A stretch of DNA of 63,495 bases, filler included, from Collodictyon triciliatum (GCA_043381765.1; 12 parts of 12 records of this genome joined end to end with filler, not necessarily neighbours in it), one strand, 5' to 3'; positions 13,978 through 26,425 are shown, counted from the first letter of the whole stretch. The notes: generated from the letters alone by a model not told the origin. Numbers and translations are program-made.

Positions 13978-15460
13978 ATGACAACGCCTCATTCATATAG
14001 ACCGCCTCCATCCACGCATAAGACCTCTTCGGGGAAGCCTTACTGGACCTCAGATAACCCCCACGACTTTGATCCCAATGTCCGCCCCAGACGCGATCAG
14101 ATGGCCCAACGCCCCGTCAATAAAGTCGATGACATCGAGGGTGCGAAGGTAGGAAATGCCAACAAACAATCTTCTAATTAGTTCGCTTTTTCTTTACCTT
14201 ACCAGGGATGAAATCAGTAGAAACAAAGAGATATTGTTTTTTTAGATTACATGATAAAAAAGAAAGAATAGACAAGACATAAGAAAGAGAGACAAAAAAA
14301 AATTAAGAAAAAAAAAGGAGGAAGTATGATAAGAATGGAGGATTATTTTATATCAAGAAGAACTGACCAAACTTGAATGCTTTGTTTACGTGGCTTTCAT
14401 CTAATCCTTTAGAAGAGTTTCGAGAAAAAATAGGTTTAATACCAAGATGTAAGAATATTTAATCGTGATATTAATTGTATATAGGTTAAACAACTGCACC
14501 CGGTGAATACGTCTCGCCCCTCAACAAACCTTCTGGTGGATGATATTGAAGGAACAAAGCCTTGGGCATCGGGGCAATTTCACACTAAGCGCGCCACAAA
14601 TCCTTTGGCACCAGAATACAAACTTCCAACACATACTGTGAAGCCCCTTGTAAGATGTTATCAATTCATGAAATATCTTTCTGACAAGTTACCCAAATTC
14701 TTGCGTTTCCCGCATCTAACAACTTGGAAGCACTAATTATGCTGATTATAATTCTTTGTATCAACACAAATTTAGACTCCTCCTCCTCCTGGAAGACCAA
14801 TTTTGAATGTTGACGACATCGATGGAACACATTCCAAGCCTAGATACACTGGCAACTCACGAGACCATATGAATTATAATGACGTTGATGGGTCTACCCC
14901 TGGTTGGAGGAGAAATAAGTGAGTGCTTCATTTGCCCATTACTGGCGACCCGTTTTTTGTTTACCAGAAGTCCCTCCTATTGTTCTTTTCTATATTGCTA
15001 AACAAAAAAAAATGCAAAGTGTAAACAGCTTATCATGCACAGATTGAAAGGAATGATTATTATGATGACGATAATTATCATGCATCTCATCACTATTGTC
15101 AATAACATTCATATTATGTCAAAAATAAAAATAATGCTGTAGTGGGCAATCAGCGTCTTTATTTTTTAATTTTTTTTTTTTAAGGGAGATGTCGAAAAGC
15201 GGCCGGGACTATATGAATGTTGGCGACATTACGAAAAAACAACAAAAATCAAACAGGGTTACCAACCCATTAGACCCAAAATACGACCTTGTACGTCCAT
15301 ATTCTCATTAATTTGATCTTTTTCTCATCACATGGCTCATTTATTATATATTGCAGTATTCTGTATCTTTTTTTTCTTTATACAAAGGTTATTCTAATAG
15401 TACATGAATAGGGAGATGACTACAATGGAAACTCGCTACCAAACATCTTTCCGCCGTTGT
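13978..15460 (+). CDS. Repeat protein with (V/N)DDI(E/D)G and TNPLxPxY motifs
   Basis: Exons at ~13978-14148, 14485-14649, 14776-14918 and 15184-15292 encode VDDIEGAK, VDDIEGTKP, TNPLAPEYKLP, LNVDDIDGTHSKP, MNYNDVDGSTPGW, MNVGDI and TNPLDPKY. Confidence 0.7.
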
Positions 15461-15995
15461 AAGTTTAGAATCATTTTCCCCAATTGTTCATCATCAATGT
15501 ATTCTCAAATACGAATTTCTTTCTATGTTCTCATCATGATGTCACCAGGAAAAGCACAGCCACACGCAAGTGAAGCATTTAGAGGATAAGAAGCGAGAGG
15601 GGCACGGTTCCCTTTAAGTGCACGGTGAGGAATCTGCGTTACTGCGCAATCCATCAAAGAATCTTAAGCCTCATCTGTTAAGCGGATATGTACTTTACTA
15701 CCTCTTTTGTTTTATTCTCTCTGCATAATGCTTTCGAATTAGAGCGAGGAAATAATAATAATATAAAAAAAAAAAAAAACGAAAAACAAAAAGCCCTCAA
15801 AAAAAATTTTGAAAAAGGGAAAAANNNNNNNNNNNNNNNNNNNNNNNNNNNNNNNNNNNNNNNNNNNNTTAATTAATTAANNNNNNNNNNNNNNNNNNNN
15901 NNNNNNNNNNNNNNNNNNNNNNNNAATCTCTCCATCTAAAATGAATATAGTTAACGAACATATATTAATATGCATTTATTATACTACTTACCTTG

Positions 15996-18900
15996 TTAAG
16001 CTGAGGCTTTCTGTCTCCACTCAGCTGCTTTCTCGGTGTCCTTTCCAACACCCCATCCATTCTCACAGCACTCAGCCATCATTTGAGCCTGGAACTTGGT
16101 GAACTTACCCTGCTCACAATAAGCAGCAAAGTCCGCATCGAAGGAAGCAGCACCGATAGAAAGAAGGAGGGATTTGTTGTATTGACTCAATCCCGTGACA
16201 TTTCTGATTTGAATGTTTCCACCTTGCAGCTTTCTTGGGCCGATAATCTGGACTGTCTTTGCATCTTGGATTCTATTGGTGTCAATCATGTTCATCGCAT
16301 CACTTGTTCTGATGAATACTGCGATGACTTCATCTGCCTTTTCTTTCTTGACGAGGTATTTTCCTTGGATGTAATTCACTTCTGACTTTTGAAGGCTGTG
16401 TGTTTGGTTTCCTGTGGCTACATCCCAAATACGTATTGTTTTATCATGACTTCCAGAAGCCAGCCAATTTTCACCATTCGGTCCTTGAATAGAGCAAACA
16501 CTCATGACAAAATCTGTATGACCTTTTAATGTTTTGATTTGGCTTCCTGTGGCTACATCCCAGACACGTATTGTTTTATCCCAACTTCCAGAAGCCAGCC
16601 AATTTTCACCATTCAGTCCTTGAATACTGCAAACACTATGTACAGTACTTCCATGACCTTCTAATGTTTTGATTTGGTTTCCTGTGGCTACATCCCAAAT
16701 ACCAATTGTATTATCATGACTTCCAGAAGCCAGCCACTTTTCACCATTCGGTCCTTGAATACTGCAAACACTATCGACAGCATCTGTATGTGCACGTAAT
16801 GTTTTGATTTGGTTTCCTGTGGCTACATCCCAAATACGTAATGTTTTATCACGACTTACAGAAGCCAGCCACTTTTCACCATTCGGTCCTTGAATACTGC
16901 AAACACTCGTGACAGTATCTGTATGTCCACGTAATGTTTTGATTTGGTTTCCTGTGGAAACATCCCAAATACGCATTGTTTCATCACAACTTCCAGAAGC
17001 CAGCCACTTTTCACTATTCGGCCCTTGAATACTGCAAACACTCCTGACAGCGACTGTATGTCCTTCTAATGTTTTGATTTGGTTTCCTGTGGCTACATCC
17101 CAAACACGAATTGTTTTATCATCACTTCCAGAAGCCAGCCAATTTTCACCATTCGGTCCTTGAACACTGCAAACGCTATTGACAGAATCTGTATGACCTT
17201 CCAATTTATTGATTTTGTTTCCTGTGGCTATATCCCAAATGCGTATGGTGTTATCACGACTTCCAGAAGCCAACCACTTTTCACCATTCGGTCCTTGAAT
17301 ACTACAAACACTATTGACATACTTTGTATGTCCTTCTAGTTTATCATGAGGAATTCCGAATTTCACATCATTCATATTTGCATTATCAAAAATACAATCA
17401 CCAAGCATCGAATTCGTGAAATCAACACCATACAAGTTGGCACCAGTTAAGTTTGCACCATCAAGGATTGAGTTACTGAGATTTGCATGTGGAATATTGA
17501 TGTTTGATAAATCCATTCCACCAAAAGAAACATTCATGAAATTCAAAAGTGTGATTGCATCAGATGCAGCCTTTGATTTGCTCTCATCAGTCTTCGACAT
17601 GTAGACAATTCTGAATAATGATGCAATGATTTGCTCACGATTCCATTCCTCATCCAGTTTTGCATCATCATGAGTTTCAAAAATGAATTTCTTGACTTTT
17701 GTAAACTCGACAGGCTCTTTGTTGATTCCAATTTCCTTTGAATGCACGGACAAGTATTCGCACGAGTTTAATGTTCTGGGGTGAATCCATCCGAGTTTAT
17801 CAGCGAAAATGTCTCTCATCTCAGTCCAGAATGCCACTGCTTCGTTATGCTGTTTCAGTTCCTTGTAAATCTTGTCGATTTCCTCACAGCTGTTCCATAT
17901 TCCAAGATAATCCATGGAGTAAATCTTGCTGAATAAATGAATCAGCGTTCTGTAAAGCTGAATGACGGCTTCATGCTCTTTCTTGTCTTTCATGAGGCGG
18001 ATAATGTTGTCAATTTGTGGGCCATCTTTCAGTGGCATGATAGTATTTGTCTCCTTTCTGATAGCAACAGCCTTCTGGAAGTATTCAACGACTTGGTCCA
18101 ATCTAAATACATGCATATTAGTTAATATTTATTCATGTTTTTTTATAGCTATTAATAAAAATCTTTAATTACTTTTAATATAAAGAAAAATTCACCTTTG
18201 AAGCTTAAAGTTTGTTCGGCCAACATTCTCCAGGGAAGTCGCATAGTCAGCATGTTTTTCGCCCAGTGTTCTCCCGCGAATATCCAGCGTCTTTGTATAA
18301 GCCTCCAAAGCACCCTTAAAGCTAGGATAATGTAAGTAAATACATTATTGTTTTCGATTAAATATTAAAAATAATTTATAAAAAGAGATACTCCTTCAAA
18401 TCGTGGCTGATGTCTCCAATCATTTCATAGCAGGCCACAACATTCGGATGATTTTCACCCAGAGCAGACATGAAAATATCCAGCGATTGCTTTAATGAGG
18501 ATAAGGCCTTAGTTTTCCTATATAAGATAGTAATTTGATATTTATTTAATTGATTATATTATATAATAAATTTTAACCCCAAATAGAGTCCATACAATGA
18601 AATATATGAAGCCAAATATATTTTGCAAAAACTGAAAGAAATAAAATAATAATTGTTTTATGAAAATATCCGTAATTTAGAAATCCAAACTTTCCACTGG
18701 CAAGATGAACGTTTGCAATAAACTGGATTGTCGAGGCAACAGATGCATGCTTGGCTCCCAGCGATTTTTCAAGGATTGATTTTGCCTCTTCGTAGTTTTT
18801 AATAGACTCTTCATACCTTTGATTCAATCATATTAATATTTCTCAAACTATAATCATATTTAAAACCATTGAATCGAATGACTGTGCTACTTTTTCTCAG

Positions 18901-21126
18901 CCAGAGAGACATGGCCGTAGTTCTGGTACGATGTTGCGACAAGTGGATGCTCGTTTCCGACTCTCTTTTGGCGGATTTCCATGGCCTTTTTGTATTCATC
19001 TAGAGCTTGCTCATTGCTATCATAACAAATTCATCAGCATACTTATATATTTACAAAATAAAGGCAAAAAAAAGATTATAGTTGAATCAATTATTACTCT
19101 GACTGCTTCACGTAGATGTCTCCGAAGCGGTCATGTGATTGGGCCACTTGCAAGTCGTTCTCGCCCAGTTGTTTGACTCTCAGTTCCAGCGATTTTTTGA
19201 ATTCATCGAGAGCTTCATCAATCCTGTTTCATAATAAAAATCAGAATAATTCCTTTTTGAAACATTATTCATAATTTATTTTACAATTGAAAGCGAGCCT
19301 TACTTATCTTGTTGCTGGTAGATGATTCCCATCTCTTCATGAATGGTAGCGATACGCAGGAAATCATCAGCATTTTTCTCGACTAAATCGAGGCATTTCT
19401 TGTAGCAGACCATGGACTCAGACCAGCTGTTTAATTTTTATTTTATTTTAGAAAAGTTTGCATTATAAACATCATGTCATGTATTAATTAATCATCATTA
19501 ACGTTTTTTATTTTTATTTTTATTTTACTTTTGGACGTTCTTGTAGACACGACCAAGATTCAGATAATCAGAAGCCTTCGCATCTATGAATGATAGATTA
19601 TTGAATGTCTCCATATATATACACTCATATTCGTGACATACATTAATCAAAAATAATAAATTGCATACCTTCTGTCTGATGCTTTCCAAGACGCACATTC
19701 AGAACAGACAACAAGAACGAGTTCTCAAAAGACTCCAAGAAAAATCCAACAAGCAGGTCTCCCACTTTATCCAAAGACTGAAAAAAATAGAAAAAAAAAT
19801 TAATTAATAGATAAATCATGATTGATAATTTAATTCGTGAGTGGTAACCTTCAAAAAATAAAAATTATTAATAAAATTACCTTCGCCAAGCTTCCATAAG
19901 CATCTTTGTAGTTTGCCGCTCCACTTGCGTTGATTGCTCTCCAGCATGTAAAGAACTCGTAGCGATAGCGACCGCCAAGCATGATGCTGATAACCTATGA
20001 AATATATAAATAATCAGTGAATGCCGTTTCATTATGACAGTAAATACTCCAATAAAAAATAAAGAAATTACATGTTTTTGCTTCATGTATTCCACAAGCA
20101 AGTCAAACGAACTGCCCCTCAGAAGCTGGTAGCATATTTCAGCAGCAAGCTCCTCATCCGCGTCAGCAGCCTCAGAATACTGGCCAAACAACCATCTTCC
20201 GTATTTTTCGTGGGTTTTTTCCATCTCTTTCACTTCAGAGAAGTATACCTTTTCGGTGGTCTCCAACAGCAGCTGGTGGAAGTACATGTATCTATGATAA
20301 GCAATAAATGAGTTTTTATCCAAATATAATTATACCGAAAGCACCGATTAACGAACGAAAAAGGATTGAGATATAACACCAACCTTCCATTACGGACGAA
20401 AAGCGACTCGATGAGGGTAAAGAAAAAGGATTTCCTATTTGAATGGATAAAAGATAAGTTAAATAAGAAAAGAAAAGAAAATGAGAAAGGGTAAACCTAT
20501 TAATTCTATTAAATTTCAATAGTAAGTAAACCATTCAGCAAGCTCGAATCCTGTGCCAATCGCGTCATTCATGTACTTGTCCAGGTCACCTTCACTCAGG
20601 CCGATGCGGGAGACAAAGAGAACCTTCATCGAGAGGGAGACATACTCGACCTTCATTGTCTCTTTTCCATCAGACGTGGCGACTGTACAATAAAAAAAAA
20701 AGTATTCAACAAAAAATTCAATTATAATTTGCATTTTTTTTGTGAAATATGAAATCAATACTCACCTATCCTGTCAAACTTCAGTTGCCAGCGTTTGATA
20801 ATGAGAGTGTAAAGCTCAATTACACCATTGGTCAAAAGCAAAACAAACAGTTCATCATCGAGCTTCTCATAGACGCCAAAAACCCTGACTTCATCCAGAA
20901 TGATGCGGAGATAGAGCGGATGGCCTGTAAAAAATATCAGATAAGAATAACTAATCATTCCTTATAAGATTTTTGTCGTAATATATATATATATATATAT
21001 TCTTTTAAAAATGTCTCACCAGTATCCTCCAGGTCAGCCAGAATCATTCCAACTTGATTTTCGCTCAGGGTCTTGTCATAGCGAATGAGGAAGGATTCGA
21101 CACCATCCTTAATTTCGCCCTCGGTC
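15996..21126 (-). CDS. NLR-like protein, 5'-truncated: post-NACHT helical region (NPHP3/TEP1-like) + TPR array + pentapeptide repeats + 7 WD40 + Sel1-like tail
   Basis: HPLYLRIILDEVRVFGVYEKL (NPHP3/TEP1-type region after the NTPase domain); TPR exons such as YEESIKNYEEAKSILEKSLGAKHASVASTIQFIANVH; pentapeptides ANLSNSILDGANLTGANLYGVDF; seven GH...WD repeats; CENGWGVGKDTEKAAEW. Final exon 15996-18102. The NTPase P-loop itself is not in the contig. Confidence 0.85.
16395..17339 (-). repeat. Seven near-identical 135-bp (45-aa) WD40 repeat units
   Basis: Unit LEGHTxxVxSVCSIQGPNGE(K/N)WLASGSxDxTIRIWDVATGNQIKT repeated seven times with visibly high DNA identity. Confidence 0.95.
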
Positions 21127-21226
21127 NNNNNNNNNNNNNNNNNNNNNNNNNNNNNNNNNNNNNNNNNNNNTTAATTAATTAANNNNNNNNNNNNNNNNNN
21201 NNNNNNNNNNNNNNNNNNNNNNNNNN

Positions 21227-21900
21227 CAGGATGTCAGACGCGCTGAGTCGATTAGGAGCATAATCAATCTCAGAGAGCATCTTGTGGGTAGAATCTGTCA
21301 CTTTTTGAGCAAGAGAGCACTTCACAAATGTGTGTTCGATAGAGTCGTCTCCACTATGGCACATGGTGCATTCTGGAGAGGTCGTTGCTGCATGGACTAC
21401 GCGCGCACCTATCCACGGCTCTCTGTTGGAGATATTGAGAAGTAGGGCGCGGTGTTTCGGGAATAGTTGAGGTATGCGGGCTTGCTTCCAGCTTTTGACT
21501 ATTGGCGGGTCTATATTGTCTATGTTTCGGCCCAACGACTCATCTTCTCTCCGGTTTGTAGGGATTCGGGCTGATGATTTTATATCGAAACAGCTTGGGA
21601 TATGACATGGCCATCGAGAATTGCGGAGAATCAGGCGTAATTTGACCGCCTTTGGTTCTTCAGGCGAAAGAAAAATGGCGATGGCGCTCCGTATGAGATG
21701 GGGCGTTGTGAGCGCTGTTCTCCTTTGTTGTTCAGGATGGCTGTGGTTGGGGTTGCATTTGTAGGTTAGACTATCGTTGCATTTTTCGACGGTGCGAAGC
21801 TCCCATCCTTTTGGAAAGCGACTTGTTGCAGGATGAACGAGTTGTTTCCTTCTCTCGACTTGATGATACAGAAGCCTTTTGCTCTATCCCAGCACAGTTG
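21227..21900 (-). mobile_element. Non-LTR retrotransposon ORF2 fragment (C-terminal zinc finger, zf-RVT-like)
   Basis: ...SWKQARIPQLFPKHRALLLNISNREPWIG...CTMCHSGDDSIEHTFVKC: the CxxC...ExxxHxFxxC motif typical of L1/Tx1 ORF2. The upstream part is disrupted. Confidence 0.8.
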
Positions 21901-22587
21901 ACTAGTCGAACTATGAATCTTTCAAGCACGCTGTCGGATATTTTAAGAAATCCCTAGTATTTGTTTGAGGGGAGGTTCACGAAAGCTATTCACTTAAGAA
22001 TTTGAATTCAAAATAAGGACGCGTAAGAGAATTAACCAATATAACGTCTTTTCACGTCAACCTAAACTATTCTGAAGACTTCTCTACCAAAGTGCTCGCT
22101 TTTCGTATGTATATTAGCCGCTAAACTTTTGATGGTAAGTTATTAATGAAAATCCTGAATAAAATCGTGTCGGCTGTGTGCATTTGTTCAATTGCAAAGG
22201 AAATCTCGGAATTATGATTTTATCATTAAAATTGTGCCATTTCGGTGAAAAATATGACGCAGCCGATAAAAATTATCAATATACCTTGAAACTATTTCAG
22301 CCATTATAATATTTTCTGTACCTTCAACGTTATTTGCGCCGCAACACACATAAATGACAAAAAAAAAATCTTACCTCTTAATAACACCATCATATGTTGC
22401 ACTTAGTTCATACTCAACTACAAGATGCCTGTTTTTCTTCCACCGCGAATACCTTGCGCGATGAAACCTAATTCCTGCGAGCGGCGCGCCACAACCCTAG
22501 GCCACTCAACGACCCCGCTAACATACCGCAAAAGGCTATATGTCCCATTTTGGAATGTAGAAACATGTTTCCAAATCGTAACGTTTT

Positions 22588-22777
22588 TCTACAAAAGAAA
22601 CACTCATCTACGAAAGAAACGCGCGTCTACAAAAGAAATCTGTTTCTATGAAAGAAACATGCTTCTACAAAAGAAATCTGTTTCTATGAAAGAAACATGC
22701 TTCTACAAAAGAAATCTGTTTCTATGAAAGAAACATGCTTCTACAAAAGAAAGGTGCTTCTACGAAAGAAACGCGCT
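22588..22777. repeat. Minisatellite, 10 x 19 bp (TCTAYRAAAGAAA + 6 variable nt), central units forming a 38-bp dimer
   Basis: Units tctacaaaagaaatctgtt and tctatgaaagaaacatgct alternate three times, with more diverged units on each side. Confidence 0.9.
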
Positions 22778-23692
22778 TCCACTATCGAAGCACGCTTCGA
22801 GGGAAAGAAGAGCGTCAACACAGCACAGCACAAGGGATCAATCAAACTGCGTGACAGATCACTTTTCCCGACAACATCTCAAAGCCGTGCCATCTTTTCG
22901 GCAAGTTTTTTCCTTGGTGTGTGAGGAAAATAAACGCGGTTGCAAACCCCACCAGCAGACTCTCATGACAGCGGCTCCACAACAGCTTGCCGCCTTGTCA
23001 TCTCATATTTGCCCCTCGCCCGATACTTTCTCTTTGTGGTCTCTTTTTCCTTTTTCCAACTGGTAATGGCTTGCGTCACCCATCAAATCGAGCGGCGTTC
23101 TCGCTTCAAGCACGCCAAATAGTCCCCCAATTCCGTGCTGTACGTGGACGTCTTATGCACAGGAGTTCCAAGCAGGCCAAGAAAAGAGGAACCAACAAAG
23201 TTTTGTCCAACCGATCAGTGGTGATGTCTTCGTCCGCCTTTCTGCCTTGTATACTTTATCCTTAATTATTAGTGCAGTGAGCTCTTGAGCTATTCGGAGG
23301 GAATGGGCTCCACAGGATGCAAATTGAAAACTATGGCACTTGAACCCTTTTTGAAGACCAAAAAGGGCTCTGCTTCATTCTGCCCCCAATGCTGGAACCT
23401 CTCTTTCGAAAACAAGGAATAAAATATTCGCTCAGGAACTCCATACAAATTACTTCCGCCAGAGTCTGTCATATAAGTGAGTCTCATATGTACAACCTGT
23501 CAACCACATCCAAGCATGTGTAGTTCCCATAGCTCTCTTCATTCAACTATATCAACCCCTCACTGGACTCTATATTCCCCGTGACAAGCGGTGCACAATG
23601 TGCGATTGGAGCTCTTTATTTTGTAGCGTAGCGTTTGTCAATTCACATTCCGTCCAATTAACCCAAGCAATGGTGGGGCATGGTGTAGCCAC

Positions 23693-25135
23693 CTACTGCT
23701 GGTACTTGCCGATGTGGTAACTAGGGTCCTTCCTCTTACAAAGAGAAGGTATATCGCTTGTTTCATCAACAAACCCCATGGCGTCGGATAATAGGTTTGC
23801 TCTGTACTGCTCCTTCTCAGACCTCGGGAGCTCTCTCCAGGTGGCTCCAATTATTCTCATCAGCTCTTGGTTGGTGACGAAGGGATTTCTTCTTCGGATG
23901 AGCGGCCGCACAACATTGCAGTAGAGGATAAAAGGCTTACAAACTTTTTTCTTAATGCCCTCATCGTGAACCACAGATTTATCCACCTTAAAAGGCCCTC
24001 GATTTGTCGTTTCTCTTTTGATTCTTTTACTATCATCGTCTTTTTGTCGCGGGGTTGACGATGGCTTACTTGGTGTTGGCTGTTGGAATTTTAGATTCTC
24101 GTTGATGGTCCAGCACACTTCCTCTGAAGTCAGTGTTTGATTATAAGTTTCGATATCTACCGGCGAGTCTATTGCGTTGTCGGTTTTTTTGCATTTTGAA
24201 GGTGCTGGTAAGTCCTTTGTATATGACACCGATGGAAGGTATGAAACAGACATGTTTTCTGATTTTGGGCTCCCATTGGGCGAATCGCCATAAACATAGG
24301 AAAAGTCGTATGATGTATCTGCATATGGGGGGTTTGATGGTGTGGCCGTGTTAGAGCTCATTTGAGATGATTGTGTTGAACTATACCCAGGTGAACCCTC
24401 GCAGTTGGCAGCTTCCTTGGCACCTCGATAAAGACACTGGCCTTGTGTTTCTACAAAGGTTAGTTCGCGATGCTGTGAACCCCTTATCAGCAAGCTGTGG
24501 CCGCTGTCGTTTTTCGTATCATTCGCTTTCTTGCTCCATTCTGGCTCAATAAAATCTGTGTATAAGCCGTGTGGACTTTCACAGGACACATTTTGACGAA
24601 AGGCTAATGGGGAGACAGTCTCTTCTTGTCGGTGAGCCACGGAAGAAAGGTCGCTGTAGTGGTGATAGAAAGGGCGATCGTGATGGGTACAAGAATGGTC
24701 TAAGCATTCTTGACACGATTCCTGAGGAAGCGCCTCACCACTCAGACGGCTCCAAACAGAGTTTTGTGAAGGAAATGCGTGACTAGTAAGATTCCAGGGA
24801 GTAGTGTAGCGATCGTCGGAATCGTCTGATAGGAGAGGCTGGTATCCAGGAGGATTCCAGAACGATTCATCCAGAAGTAAGGTCGGCTGGAAGATGACCC
24901 GTGGAAGGTCTTCGTAGAGCAGGAACCAAGTCTCAGCCTCACTCGCGTTGGCAGATTCTATGGCTCCTGAGTTAGCTAATGCGGTTGCTGGTGCGTGGTG
25001 ACTGCTTGCTTGGTCTGTGTTGCTGGCTGCTGGATTCATCGGTGAGCTGTGCCTCTGGGTCTTGTTTTCCTCTTCAAACTTGATTCCTATGTTTGCTCCC
25101 AAGTGGTAATACCTATTTGTTTCAGAGATGTACAT
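23693..25135 (-). CDS. Intronless HMG-box transcription factor (C-terminal HMG box, long S/P/D-rich N-terminus)
   Basis: 480-aa ORF containing KKVCKPFILYCNVVRPLIRRRNPFVTNQELMRIIGATWRELPRSEKEQY, which fits the HMG-box pattern (F.L....R.....NP.....E....G..W..L...EK..Y). The true start may be an internal Met. Confidence 0.85.
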   Translation of the reverse strand: MYISETNRYYHLGANIGIKFEEENKTQRHSSPMNPAASNTDQASSHHAPATALANSGAIESANASEAETWFLLYEDLPRVIFQPTLLLDESFWNPPGYQPLLSDDSDDRYTTPWNLTSHAFPSQNSVWSRLSGEALPQESCQECLDHSCTHHDRPFYHHYSDLSSVAHRQEETVSPLAFRQNVSCESPHGLYTDFIEPEWSKKANDTKNDSGHSLLIRGSQHRELTFVETQGQCLYRGAKEAANCEGSPGYSSTQSSQMSSNTATPSNPPYADTSYDFSYVYGDSPNGSPKSENMSVSYLPSVSYTKDLPAPSKCKKTDNAIDSPVDIETYNQTLTSEEVCWTINENLKFQQPTPSKPSSTPRQKDDDSKRIKRETTNRGPFKVDKSVVHDEGIKKKVCKPFILYCNVVRPLIRRRNPFVTNQELMRIIGATWRELPRSEKEQYRANLLSDAMGFVDETSDIPSLCKRKDPSYHIGKYQQ

Positions 25136-26229
25136 GTTTAGGATTTTATATGTCGTTCAGCTTCTATACTCTTGGGCTGAGTGTTTGGTATAAGGTGGCG
25201 CTCATCCGTTTTCTAGGCGGGTGGCGAATATCTAAGCATCGCTTTGGATTTCTTGAGAATCACGGAAAAATCCCTGGAGATTTTTAACAATTTTTTTTTT
25301 AAAAATTTGAATTCTGTGGTGGCGAATGGCCTAATCGACACAGGGCAGAACGATTCAGGAGACACTTGCATGGAATGTCGGGTATCTCTTCAATTGCGCA
25401 TCTGTGCCCATCTCCAACCACACATAACATCCAAATCCCGAGTGATGATTAGATGGCCAGTCCTGAATCCCTTGTCGTATCACGAGTGCGTTTGCCCTTC
25501 TGTCTGTTGCCTTTCAACCTTCCTCCTTCTTGTGATGGCCCGACCATCACATCAACTATCACATACACCACAGCGGCGCTGCGATGCGCATCTCCCTCGT
25601 CCTTTTAACAAGCTTCCTCTGCGCTAAATTTCCCGGCGAAGCCTGGTCGCAGGTATTTATAGCCGCCACAAAATCCCGTTTTGGATGGATATTTTATGCA
25701 CTTGGACTAAAATAGGAACCGTTTTTACTAAAAATTGTATTATGATGCGGCGCAGCCCTTGAGCTTAGTTTTACGTTATTTATTAATATATATTATATAT
25801 TTTATACTTTTAATTTGTATTTATTATACAAAATAAATAATATGAGACTTTTAAAAAGTCTATATTTTTAATTTCCATATTTGTAGAATAAATTGATTTC
25901 TAAGATTAAGATGTTTATTATATATATATTATATTTCAATATTAATAATTATTAATTGAAATACAATTAATATATTTATATTTTGATATAATAAGGATAT
26001 ATTATATTTTCCGCACATAACAAAATACTTTCAAAAATGGAATTTATATAATTAAGTCATTATGAAGCTATAATCTATTTTAATTTACATTTAACATTGT
26101 AATTTTGTATGATTTACATAATGATGTAGGTATATGTAAATAGTAACGGTTTCAGTGAAGCAACTGTCCATTTTCAAGACATTTTTCGAAAATAGCCCTT
26201 TTGCTGTGAGATTCAAATCAAATCAAATC

Positions 26230-26425
26230 TGTAATTCGATTCCCAACCCACTACCCGGCCTTCCTCGGCGCTCCCCTGCGACTGAGAATAGAAATGCGGG
26301 AGCGCACAAAGTTCTTCCAGTAGCCAAACAAGGATCACAAACTGTCGAGATCTTACTATCTTACGGATCACATCCGCTTCGAAGGCACTGCCTCTCGTTC
26401 TGATCATCACTTTACTTCGCCTCCC
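26230..26425 (+). mobile_element. Possible degenerate LINE ORF2 fragment (just downstream of RT)
   Basis: HYPAFLGAPL resembles the (Y/F)LG.P motif that follows the RT domain. GC-richer than the flank and broken by stops and frameshifts. Confidence 0.35.

Noticed and set aside
22588-22777. CRISPR-like repeat/spacer appearance
   Set aside because: The period is only 19 bp, the 6-nt spacers themselves repeat, there are no cas genes, and the context is eukaryotic.
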